Below, in pieces: positions 18,208-26,525 of a stretch of 64,000 bases of DNA. The first letter of the stretch is position 1. The number at the start of each line of letters is the position of its first letter. The stretch lies in assembly GCA_035536815.1 (NCBI GenBank), contig DATLNJ010000016.1, forward strand, positions 3,970 to 67,969, read 5' to 3'. Under the pieces are notes generated by a model that was given only the letters and a program-made list of their open reading frames with translations, had not been told where the DNA came from and made no database searches. A program made the position numbers and the translations under genes. Source of the DNA: Frankiaceae bacterium. Its GTDB lineage: Bacteria > Actinomycetota > Actinomycetes > BP-191.

Positions 18208-19914
18208 CTACGGCCGTACGTTGCCGAGGAGCGAGCGGAGGAACTTGCCCCAGTCGTCTCGAAGCTCGACGAACTTGTCCGGCTGCGGGTCCATGGACTC
18301 TGCCTTCGCGTACGCCGTCACGAGCAGGGTCAGGGCATCGACCGTGCGTTGCGCGGCCGCCGTCGCCTCGTCCCCGCTCACGGTCCCGGCGGGCGCCTCG
18401 GCGATGGTGCGCAACGGCTGCCACACATCCTGATAGAAGGGGTGACGCTGGTTGATCATGATGATGATCTGATGGCTCAGGTGCTGGATCTCGAGAAAGC
18501 TGTGACCCGGATAATCCACGCTCTCGATCACGTACGGAAGCTCCGCGATGCGCGCGAGATACGCGGCCTTCGCCGCCGGCCCGCTGTGTCCCGCCGATTC
18601 GGCGAGGTTGTTCAGGATCTCCTTCTCGCGGTCCGGCGCAGGCGGTCGCGCCTTCCCACCCGGAAGGGTGCGGTCCGCGTTCTTCAGCCGGTTCGTGATG
18701 GACGCGTGCTCGCCGGCCGCGTCCCGTTGGCGGCGAGAAGCCTCGCCCCAGAGTCGCTTGATCTCCTCGCGCGCCTGTGGCATCCAACGCGACAGCTGCG
18801 TCCTGATCAGCGCGCGCAGGTCACCGTGCGGCTCCACGCCGCGCTTGACGTTGCGCACCCCCATGTAGTCGTCCAGCTCTGGCGTGAAGCTGATCTCGAT
18901 CCCGATGTAGCGGTCGAGCTCGAGGACTCCGGACGGCAGGATCTTCGGCACGTTCGTGTAATTGATCTCGCGGTTGAGACGCACGAACGACAGCGCGCCC
19001 TCGTTGTCGGGGACCGCGAGCGCGGTCGCGAGCTGATCGCCGCCCATGCCGCGGCGACGCACGACCTCAGGTGGGTACACCGTCAGCCGAAGCCGCACGC
19101 TGCTGCCGGCGAACGCGAGAGTTTCGTCGGCGATGACCTTTGCCGGGTAGTGATGCTTCAAGGGGAACGACGGGTCCACCTTTGCACGCTGGTAGTGCCG
19201 GCGCAGGATCCGGTCGGCGTTCGTTCCGTCCATGAGAAGCAACGGGTCGTGCGCCAGCAGCCGCGTGTCGTTGACCCAGATCTCGACGCCGCTGTCGATG
19301 AAGTAGCGAAACATGCGCGCGAGCTCTTTCTCGACCGCGACCCGCAGCGTGTTTGCGTCCGATGCGTGCCGGCCGGCCTCGAGCCGGTCCACTCGCGACC
19401 ACAAGACCAGCGTGCCCGAGGACTGCGGTAGCAGGTCTACGAAGGCCGGGGGAACGGGTGCCTCGGTCGGCGCCGCGATGGTGGCCTCCACGCCGGCCGC
19501 GGAAGAGCTGTCCGCCTCTGCGAGATCGAAGTAAACGTGCATCCAGGGCGAGTCGCCGTGGGTCCTGCTCCAGACGTCGAGACGTTCGCTGTACGCGAGC
19601 GCGGCGAGCTTGGCCCCGACGCCGTACTTGCCGATCGTGGTCGTGGACATGTAGCGGGTCGAGAACCCGATCTGCGGGTAGCGGTGAAGAGTGTCCACGT
19701 CCATCCCGGCGCCGTCGTCCACGATCGCGATCGCGCCGACGCGAGGGCGTCCGTGCGACTCCGCGTCCTCGTTGAGCCGCACGTGGATCGAGTTCGCCTT
19801 CGCCTCCAGCGAGTTGTCGACGACTTCACCGATCGCGGCGGCGAGGCTGTAGCCGGAGTCGCGCAAAGAGCGCAACGCGCGGCCGGCGAGCACGGCCGGA
19901 ATCGAGTTCTCCAT
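18208..19914 (-). CDS. GHKL-superfamily ATPase (HATPase_c_3 / MORC-MutL-like) with a ~350-aa uncharacterised C-terminal region
   Basis: 568 aa. The Bergerat-fold motifs occur in order: N-box EVVDNSLEAKA, G1 IVDDGAGMD, G2 IGKYGVGAKLAA, then SGTLVLWSRVD. Local G+C is visibly lower, with A/T-rich runs near 18450-18480. Confidence 0.85.
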   Translation of the reverse strand: MENSIPAVLAGRALRSLRDSGYSLAAAIGEVVDNSLEAKANSIHVRLNEDAESHGRPRVGAIAIVDDGAGMDVDTLHRYPQIGFSTRYMSTTTIGKYGVGAKLAALAYSERLDVWSRTHGDSPWMHVYFDLAEADSSSAAGVEATIAAPTEAPVPPAFVDLLPQSSGTLVLWSRVDRLEAGRHASDANTLRVAVEKELARMFRYFIDSGVEIWVNDTRLLAHDPLLLMDGTNADRILRRHYQRAKVDPSFPLKHHYPAKVIADETLAFAGSSVRLRLTVYPPEVVRRRGMGGDQLATALAVPDNEGALSFVRLNREINYTNVPKILPSGVLELDRYIGIEISFTPELDDYMGVRNVKRGVEPHGDLRALIRTQLSRWMPQAREEIKRLWGEASRRQRDAAGEHASITNRLKNADRTLPGGKARPPAPDREKEILNNLAESAGHSGPAAKAAYLARIAELPYVIESVDYPGHSFLEIQHLSHQIIIMINQRHPFYQDVWQPLRTIAEAPAGTVSGDEATAAAQRTVDALTLLVTAYAKAESMDPQPDKFVELRDDWGKFLRSLLGNVRP

Positions 19915-19957
19915 CGTTCTTTCCCTTCGGCGGTGGGGAGTGGTCTCGTGGCATCGG

Positions 19958-20590
19958 TCAGGCGGCGGCGTCAGCGACCACCGACTCGGCTACCTCGCGA
20001 ACCTTCGCGCGCAGCCGCACGATCGTGCGGGTGGAGACGGAGAGCCGCGCCGCGGCCTCTCCTACGGTTTCCTCGTGCAGAAGGCAGCTGAGCACCTCTT
20101 CGCCGAGCGCGCCGACGTCGCGCCGGACCGCGGCCGAAATCCGCCGCGCGAGGTCGACGGCGATGGCGTGCTCCTCGGGCGGGTTCGCGCTCGTGACGAT
20201 CGCCGTACCGGCGATGCGTCCGGCGGGCCCCGCGGTGTGGCGTCCTGGCGGAACGTCAGACGGGTTGCCGTGACGCGGGGTCCCGCTGTACAGGTTCGTC
20301 ACGACCCCGCCGTGGAATGCGAGGTCGGTCGGCGCGCACCCGGCGGCGATATCGGCCACGGCGCGCGCCTCGGCGGCGCTCGAACGCTGCACTGCGACCG
20401 ACGCGTTGCGAACGGCATCGTGCTCGAGGAACGCGTCATTCGTCGCGCTGCGCTTCGAGCTCAGCGCGTAGTCGATCGCCTTCTCGATGACCAGCGCGTC
20501 GCGACTACCAGGCCGGGACCGGGCGAGGCGTCGCTGTAGCGAGCGGACCGTGGCCGCTCGGACGTCATCCAGGCGTGCTGCTCTCGTCAT
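19958..20590 (-). CDS. HTH protein with sigma-70 region-4/LuxR-like C-terminus
   Basis: The ATG at 20590 is preceded by a perfect AAGGAG. It is 210 aa with C-terminal LLHEETVGEAAARLSVSTRTIVRLRAKVRE. I do not recognise the N-terminal two-thirds. Confidence 0.65.
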   Translation of the reverse strand: MTRAARLDDVRAATVRSLQRRLARSRPGSRDALVIEKAIDYALSSKRSATNDAFLEHDAVRNASVAVQRSSAAEARAVADIAAGCAPTDLAFHGGVVTNLYSGTPRHGNPSDVPPGRHTAGPAGRIAGTAIVTSANPPEEHAIAVDLARRISAAVRRDVGALGEEVLSCLLHEETVGEAAARLSVSTRTIVRLRAKVREVAESVVADAAA

Positions 20591-20641
20591 CTGAGCTCCT
20601 TTTGGCCCGTTCGCCCCATCAGGTGGCAAACCGGCGCTTCG

Positions 20642-20647
20642 ACTATA
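20642..20647 (-). promoter_or_regulatory. possible -10 element (TATAGT) for the islet operon
   Basis: The reverse strand reads ...gttcTATAGTcgaag..., about 50 nt upstream of the ATG at 20590. The -35 candidate TGCCGA at 17-nt spacing is weak. Confidence 0.25.
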
Positions 20648-20739
20648 GAACGGAGCGTGCAGAGTCGGCACTCACCGCCGTCTCCATGGGGTACGGCGCA
20701 CGACGAGGCGTCGAGAGGACAGGCCGGAGCGTGGAGAAG

Positions 20740-21300
20740 CTACTGCGGCGGGAGCGCGCCGCCGCGCTCCACGCGCGGGCGGGGCATGCGCTGGCGGCGG
20801 AACTGCGTGTTGCGCGCGATGCCGTACCAGGTCAGCGACTTGCGCGGCTGCTTGGTGCCGTCCGGCCAGCGCGCGTCCAGCGCCTTGCGCACGTCGCGCG
20901 CCGCGCCCATCGAGTCGCCGATGAGGATGAACACCACGATCGGGAACATCAGCGTCCCCGCCGCCTGCGCGGCCGGCGCGGGAACGAGCGTCAACAGCAG
21001 CCCGAGGAACCAGCCGGGGATTGCCAGCCACCCGATCGACCGGCGGGCGTCCACGACGTCGCGCACCAGCGCGCGTTCCGGGCCGGCCGCGATCGCCGGG
21101 TAGTAGCGCTCGTCGCCGGTGCGCATCGCCTCGCGCATCCGCCGCCGCGCCGCGGCCCGCTCGGCCTTGTCCGCGCGCTTGTCGCCCTTCGCCGCGGTGC
21201 CGCGCGGCGTGACGACCGGCTGCTTGCGCGCCTTCTGCGCCTCGGAACGCTTCGGGGTCGGGCGGCCCTTGCCGCGTGGCGGCTGCTCGGTCTCGGTCAC
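20740..21300 (-). CDS. DUF3043 family membrane protein
   Basis: 186 aa with a Lys/Arg-rich N-terminus (GKGRPTPKRSEAQKARK) and two TM segments (IGWLAIPGWFLGLLL, MFPIVVFILIG). This is typical of the actinobacterial DUF3043 family. Confidence 0.85.
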   Translation of the reverse strand: MTETEQPPRGKGRPTPKRSEAQKARKQPVVTPRGTAAKGDKRADKAERAAARRRMREAMRTGDERYYPAIAAGPERALVRDVVDARRSIGWLAIPGWFLGLLLTLVPAPAAQAAGTLMFPIVVFILIGDSMGAARDVRKALDARWPDGTKQPRKSLTWYGIARNTQFRRQRMPRPRVERGGALPPQ

Positions 21301-21301
21301 G

Positions 21302-22483
21302 TCAGTCCTTCGCCGCCGACGGCCCCGGCAGCGCGAGCATCCGGTCCAGCGCGAGCCGGGCGTACGCGCGCGTGTCCGGGTCGACCGTGATCTCGTTGAC
21401 GACGGTGCCGGCCACGAGGTTCTCCAGCGCCCAGACGAGGTGCGGGAGGTCGATGCGGTTCATGGTCGAGCAGAAGCACACGGTCTTGTCGAGGTACGTG
21501 ATCGGCTTGTCCGGGTGCTCCCTGGCCAGCCGGTTCACCAGGTTGAGCTCGGTGCCGATCGCGAACGCCGTCCCGCCCGGCGCCTCCCGCACGGTCTTGA
21601 TGATGTACTCGGTCGAGCCGACCAGGTCGGCCGCCTGCACGACCTCGTGCCGGCACTCGGGGTGCACCAGGACGACGACGCCGGGCACCCGCTCGCGCAC
21701 CTCGACGACGTTCTCGTACGAGAACCGCCCGTGCACCGAGCAGTGGCCGCGCCACAGGATCACCTTCGCCGCGCGCAGCTCGCCGGCGGTGAGGCCGCCG
21801 TTCGGCTTGAACGGGTTCCACACCACGCAGTCATCGAGTGAGAGGCCGAGGTCGCGCACGGCGGTGTTGCGGCCGAGGTGCTGGTCGGGGAGGAACAGGA
21901 TCTTCTCGCCCTGCTCGAACGCCCACTCCATCGCGCGCCTGGCGTTGGACGACGTGCAGATCGCGCCGCCGTGCTTGCCGGTGAACGCCTTGATGTCGGC
22001 CGAGGAGTTCATGTACGTGAGCGGCACGACCTGGTCCGCGATGCCCGCGTCGGTCAGCGCGTCCCAGCAGTCCTCGACCTGGGGCAACGCCGCCATGTCG
22101 GCCATCGAGCAGCCGGCCGCGAGGTCGGGGAGGACGACGCGCTGGCGCTCGCTGGTGAGGATGTCCGCGGACTCGGCCATGAAGTGCACGCCGCAGAACA
22201 CGACGTACTCGGCGTCCGGCCGGGCGGCCGCTTCCTGGGCGAGCTTGAACGAGTCCCCGGTCACGTCGGCGAACTGGATGACCTCGTCGCGCTGGTAGTG
22301 GTGCCCGAGCACGAACACCCGCTCGCCGAGCCTCGCCTTCGCCGCCCGCGCGCGCTCGACCAAAGCCGGGTCGCTCGCCTCCGGCAGGTCGCCCGGGCAG
22401 AGCGTCCCGCGCTCGGAGTCCGGGTCCGCGCGGCGGCCGAGCAGCAGCAGCGCGACCGGGGTCGGAGCGGGGGCGGTGGTCAC
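21302..22483 (-). CDS. nadA: quinolinate synthase
   Basis: This is the 3' part of the 861-aa track ORF, with GTG at 22483. The N-terminus VTTAPAPTPVALLLLGRRADPDSERGTLCPGDLP and the block VFVLGHHYQRDEVIQFADVTGDSFKLA...FCGVHFMAESADILTS match long actinobacterial NadA. Confidence 0.9.
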   Translation of the reverse strand: MTTAPAPTPVALLLLGRRADPDSERGTLCPGDLPEASDPALVERARAAKARLGERVFVLGHHYQRDEVIQFADVTGDSFKLAQEAAARPDAEYVVFCGVHFMAESADILTSERQRVVLPDLAAGCSMADMAALPQVEDCWDALTDAGIADQVVPLTYMNSSADIKAFTGKHGGAICTSSNARRAMEWAFEQGEKILFLPDQHLGRNTAVRDLGLSLDDCVVWNPFKPNGGLTAGELRAAKVILWRGHCSVHGRFSYENVVEVRERVPGVVVLVHPECRHEVVQAADLVGSTEYIIKTVREAPGGTAFAIGTELNLVNRLAREHPDKPITYLDKTVCFCSTMNRIDLPHLVWALENLVAGTVVNEITVDPDTRAYARLALDRMLALPGPSAAKD

Positions 22484-22592
22484 GGTCCCTGAGTCTCCCA
22501 CGCTCCGTACAACGCGTTCCGGAGGCCGTTTGCTTCCTTGCGCGTGCAACGGACGCTGCTCGCGCGACGGCGTTGCGGGCACACTGCGAGCC

Positions 22593-23708
22593 ATGCGGGT
22601 CCTCGTCGCGCCGAACGCGTTCGCCGGCACGCTCACCGCCGCCGAGGCCGGCGCGGCGATCGCGGCCGGGTGGCGGCGGCAGCGCCCGGACGACGCGCTG
22701 ACGGTGGTCCCCGTCGCGGACGGCGGGCCGGGGACCGTTGCGGCGCTCGCCCCGCTCGGCGAGCTGCGGACGGCAGGGGTGGAGGACCCGCTGGGGCGGC
22801 GGATCGACGCGCAGTGGCTGCTGCTGCCGGACGGCACCGCGGTCGTCGAGAGCGCGGCGGCGTGCGGGCGGCACCTCGCGGTGGACCCGTTGCGCGCCTC
22901 GACCGGCGGCGTCGGCGAGCTGGTCTGCGCGGCGTTGGGCGAGGAGGTACGGCGGGTCGTCGTCGGCGTCGGCGGGACCGCGTCGACCGACGGCGGCGCG
23001 GGCGCCGCCGCGACGCTCGGCGCCTGGCTGCTCGACGCGTCCGGGCACCCGGTCGGGCCCGGGGGCGCGGCGCTCGCCGCCCTCGAGCGCGTCGACCTTG
23101 CCGACCTCGACCCGCGACTGTCCGGCGTCGCCGTCGAGGTCGCCGCCGACGTCGACAACGTCCTGTGCGGGCCGGACGGCGCGGCGTACGGCTTCGGCCC
23201 GCAGAAGGGCGCGACCGCTGAGCAGGTGGCCGAGCTGGACGCGGCGCTGCGCCGGTACGCCGCCGTCGTCGCCCGCGACGTGCCCGGCGCCGAGGGCGTC
23301 GCGACCCGGCCGCACGCCGGCGCGGGCGGCGGGCTGGCGGCCGGGTTGATGGCGTTCGCGGGCGCGACCGCGCGGCCCGGCGCGGCGGTCGTGCTCGACC
23401 TGCTGCGGCTGTCCCGGGACGTGGCGCTGGCCGACCTCGTCGTGACGGGGGAGGGGACGTTCGACTGGCAGTCGCTGCGCGGCAAGGCGCCCGCCGCGGT
23501 GGCGCGGCTGGCGCAGGTGGAGGGCGTTCCGTGCGTCGTCCTCGCCGGGCAGGTCGAGGCCGGGCGGCGCGAGCTCGGTACGGCCGGCGTGGACGCGGCG
23601 TACGCCGTCGCCGACCTCGCCGGTTCGGTGGAGGAGTCGCTGGCCGAGCCGCGCGGCTGGCTGGAGGAGCTGGCCGCCCGCGTCGCCACCGAGTGGTCGC
23701 GACGCTGA
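22593..23708 (+). CDS. glycerate kinase
   Basis: ATG at 22593. Motifs are MRVLVAPNAFAGTLTAAEAG...VPVADGGPGT...DLVVTGEGTFDWQSLRGKAP. Confidence 0.85.
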   Translation: MRVLVAPNAFAGTLTAAEAGAAIAAGWRRQRPDDALTVVPVADGGPGTVAALAPLGELRTAGVEDPLGRRIDAQWLLLPDGTAVVESAAACGRHLAVDPLRASTGGVGELVCAALGEEVRRVVVGVGGTASTDGGAGAAATLGAWLLDASGHPVGPGGAALAALERVDLADLDPRLSGVAVEVAADVDNVLCGPDGAAYGFGPQKGATAEQVAELDAALRRYAAVVARDVPGAEGVATRPHAGAGGGLAAGLMAFAGATARPGAAVVLDLLRLSRDVALADLVVTGEGTFDWQSLRGKAPAAVARLAQVEGVPCVVLAGQVEAGRRELGTAGVDAAYAVADLAGSVEESLAEPRGWLEELAARVATEWSRR

Positions 23709-23726
23709 GACGCGCGGCGCGAATAC

Positions 23727-24659
23727 CTAGAGGCCGATCGACACCGCGGCGACAATCGCGCGGTCGATGGTGTTCGCCGCGGCGAGCACGAAGTGCGCGG
23801 TCTGTTCACCGCCGTTGATCTGACCGGGGAAGTAGTAGCGACCGTAGTTGTGCAGGAAAATACCCTGCCACGGCGGTGCGGCCGCAAAGATCATCTGATC
23901 CTCGCTGTGGATTCCGCCGTTGCCTTCCTTCGACTCCGTGACGCACGCGGGGTGCTCGGCCGCGCCGATGCAGGAGGGCGTGCTGTTCGTGGTCGTCCGA
24001 GCCGTGCCGCGCGTGATGAGTTGGCTCGTGGTGAACGAGATCGACTTGTTCGAGACGACCGTGATCGGCAGGTCCACCTTCACGGTGCCGGGCGTCGCAA
24101 TCCTGGCCGGCCCACCGGGGAGGAGGTCCTTGGTCACGTTCTTCGAGACGAACGCCACCTTGGCGGGTCGCGTCGCGTGCAGCGTCCGGCCGGCATAGCC
24201 GGTGAAGGGGATGCGAACCTCGACCGGCCCGTCGCCGAGGGCGTAGAGGCGGTAGCGCCCCGCCGGGACGGTGCGCGGGGGGAACGACAGGAAGTCCGCC
24301 CCGCCCAGCGGCAGCGGTAGCCAGTCGAACCGGGAATCGCGGTAGCCCTGGAGGTAGATGTTGCCCGTGCCATTCGGGTAGGACGAGCTCAGCGGGTGGA
24401 GGTAGAAGCCGACGTAGTTGCGGCCACCGCTGACGGTCACCTTGTCGTTGTCGAGTCGGACCGGCCGCGTGAAGGTCACGTCCACGGACGCGCTCGACCT
24501 GGCGCGAAGGATCGTCTGCTTCGGCGCGGCGGCATGGCCGGGTGCCGCGGAGAACCCCGCGATCACGAGCGCGAGTGCGACGGGAACCCGTACGCGCCTG
24601 ACGACTGGGGCTGGCGACACGACACGCTGCGAGCGACCTCGGAGAGTCATCGAGCCCAC
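23727..24659 (-). CDS. secreted hypothetical protein (~300 aa), paralog of 49891..50787
   Basis: It has a signal peptide (VALALVIAGFSAAPGHAAA). Blocks shared with the 49891 gene are SSASVDVTFTRPVRL vs RSASVDVRVPRAVTL, VTVSGG vs IAVSGG, and VPAGRYRLYA vs LPAGTYRLYF. Confidence 0.7.
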   Translation of the reverse strand: MGSMTLRGRSQRVVSPAPVVRRVRVPVALALVIAGFSAAPGHAAAPKQTILRARSSASVDVTFTRPVRLDNDKVTVSGGRNYVGFYLHPLSSSYPNGTGNIYLQGYRDSRFDWLPLPLGGADFLSFPPRTVPAGRYRLYALGDGPVEVRIPFTGYAGRTLHATRPAKVAFVSKNVTKDLLPGGPARIATPGTVKVDLPITVVSNKSISFTTSQLITRGTARTTTNSTPSCIGAAEHPACVTESKEGNGGIHSEDQMIFAAAPPWQGIFLHNYGRYYFPGQINGGEQTAHFVLAAANTIDRAIVAAVSIGL

Positions 24660-24695
24660 CTTTCGGGAGTCGTGCCGCCAGCCGTCGGCCAGCCG

Positions 24696-25217
24696 TCAGC
24701 AGGGGTTGGAGTCGACCGGCGTCGGGTTGCCGAGCGCCGTGACCTGGTAGCGGTCCTCCCAGCAGAAGTTCCCCAGCCGCGACGACGCGAGCATGGTCAC
24801 CGTGACGACGCCTGCCTCACGCACGCCGATCGCGTAGGGGACGTTCTGTGACGCGGTGGCGGTGGTACTGCCCGTCGCCACGACGGTGCGAGGCGCGTGG
24901 GTGGGCGACTGGTCCGAGACGATGATCACGGTCGTCCACGTCACGGACGAGCAGCCGGAGGACTTGACGCTCATCCGCCCTGACTCGTGCGCCGTACCGA
25001 CCGCCAGGCCGGTGCTCGTGAAGATGACGCGGCTCGTCGGCGTGTAGGTGATCGAGCACAGGGCCAGCGCGTTCGCCGGGTCGGGCACGACGAGATGGAT
25101 CGAGAACAGGTCGTCGTCCGCGCCGAGCGGGTTGGGGATGGCGTTCGCGGGCGTGGCCATGCCGACGGTGACAGCGGCGGCTGCGGTCACAGCCAATGCG
25201 GTGCGCTTGAGAAGCAT
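24696..25217 (-). CDS. small secreted 4-Cys hypothetical protein
   Basis: Signal peptide MLLKRTALAVTAAAAVTVGMATPANA. It has four Cys, the last being the C-terminal residue (..DSNPC), and lies upstream of and co-directional with 23727..24659. Confidence 0.7.
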   Translation of the reverse strand: MLLKRTALAVTAAAAVTVGMATPANAIPNPLGADDDLFSIHLVVPDPANALALCSITYTPTSRVIFTSTGLAVGTAHESGRMSVKSSGCSSVTWTTVIIVSDQSPTHAPRTVVATGSTTATASQNVPYAIGVREAGVVTVTMLASSRLGNFCWEDRYQVTALGNPTPVDSNPC

Positions 25218-25720
25218 TTCGAGGTCCTCCGTTGTCGGTGGTTTCGACGCACCGCGTCGGAACCCTTGCCTACCGGGCGTCGAGCACGCGGGGACTTTCG
25301 GTTCGGAGCCAGGTCTGGCTGCCCGATCGGGCGGTCACCCCCTCCCGTGCCGCGTGACGGATGCGCGTCGGGTCGGCGGGCGTCTTTTCGAGATGCCGGG
25401 GGCGCCTGCGGGAGCTTCGCGTAAGGCGTCGGCGGGGCCATACGTGGTCACGGCGAAGCCTCCCCCGGTCGAACACGCGCCCCGCTTCTCGCTTCTTCCC
25501 GGTGAAAGCGGAGGGACAAAGGCAGATTATGGACTGTGAAACGTGCCGTCAATGGAGTTCGCGAGTTGACGTGAATCCACTGACACCGGCTCGCGACGCG
25601 ACGAGTTCGACGACGCAGCGTCGCCTGCTGGCGTTGCCGGCGACGACCGCGCGCGGTTCCGCGACGGGCTGAGCGCCGGCCTGGCGCCGCGCGGGAACGG
25701 GAGACCTGCGAGACGCAGCC

Positions 25721-26025
25721 TCAGTCCTTTCCGTACGCGCGGTGGACGGTCGCGACGCGCACGCGGTACCGCTCGTACCACTGGCCGGTGCCGCGGCGTT
25801 GCGCCTCGACGTGCTCGGCCACCCGCTTCCACGCGCGGGCGTCCTCGTCGGTCGCCCAGTACGACACCGTGATGCCGGGGACGCTCTCCATGCCGAGGTA
25901 GCCGGCTGCGCCGCGGCCAGCTCCTTCATCCGCTCGGCCGTGGCGGCGTAGCCGTCGTCGTCGGCGCCACGCACGGACGTGAAGATGACCGCCGTGTACG
26001 GCGGGTCCGGCGTCTCCGCGAGCAC
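25721..26025 (-). pseudogene. ABM-domain (antibiotic biosynthesis monooxygenase-like) gene with a 1-nt frameshift
   Basis: The N-terminal half (VLAETPDPPYTAVIFTSVRGADDDGYAATAERMKELAAAQP) is in one frame. The C-terminal half (GYLGMESVPGITVSYWATDEDARAWKRVAEHVEAQRRG...) is in another. The junction is at CAGCCGGCTACC (~25908-25915), where one extra G would restore a ~101-aa ABM protein. Confidence 0.6.
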
Positions 26026-26119
26026 GTCGCGACGGTAGCGAACGCCTGTGGGACCATGGAATCCGGAGCGGCCGCGCACGGTTGCACCGCATGTCGCCAG
26101 TCGTACGAATGGGAGCCCC

Positions 26120-26467
26120 ATGACCGAGACCCAGACCGCCTCCTCGACCGTCGTCCTTTCGGACACCGCCGCGGCGAAGGTCAAGTCCCTGCTCGAGCAG
26201 GAGGGCCGCGACGACCTCGCGCTGCGGATCTCCGTGCAGCCCGGTGGCTGCTCGGGCATGCGCTACCAGCTCTTCTTCGACGACCGCACGCTCGACGGCG
26301 ACACGTTCCTCGACTTCAGCGGCGTCAAGGTCGTGGTCGACCGGATGAGCGGCCCGTACCTCGGCGGCGCCACCATCGACTTCGTGGACACCATCGAGAA
26401 GCAGGGCTTCACGATCGACAACCCGAACGCGAAGGGCTCCTGCGCCTGCGGCGACTCGTTCCACTAG
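26120..26467 (+). CDS. HesB/IscA-family iron-sulfur cluster insertion protein
   Basis: 115 aa carrying LRISVQPGGCSGMRYQLFFD and the C-terminal signature GSCACGDSFH. Confidence 0.92.
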   Translation: MTETQTASSTVVLSDTAAAKVKSLLEQEGRDDLALRISVQPGGCSGMRYQLFFDDRTLDGDTFLDFSGVKVVVDRMSGPYLGGATIDFVDTIEKQGFTIDNPNAKGSCACGDSFH

Positions 26468-26525
26468 GCCCGGCAACGTCCGTTGGGGCGGCACCCGCAC
26501 GCGCGGGGCCGCCCCTTCGTCGTTG

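Noticed and set aside
16700-20740. Mobile-element hallmarks (integrase, transposase, tRNA target, flanking direct repeats) around the GHKL/Mrr islet
   Set aside because: I inspected both boundaries and found no recombinase ORF, tRNA-like sequence or obvious direct/inverted repeats. I therefore call it an islet from its composition and content, not a defined mobile element.
21302-23887. 861-aa ORF as an N-terminally extended NadA
   Set aside because: The first ~468 codons are Ser/Ala/Arg/Pro-rich and antisense to the glycerate kinase gene. The NadA family N-terminus begins at the GTG at 22483.
25361-25672. 103-aa ORF, and a nested 47-aa ORF (MDCETCRQW...), in the long intergenic gap
   Set aside because: The longer ORF is Arg/Ser-rich and shadow-like. 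The short one has a GGAGGG about 13 nt from its ATG and no recognisable features. I kept it only as part of the note on the non-coding region.
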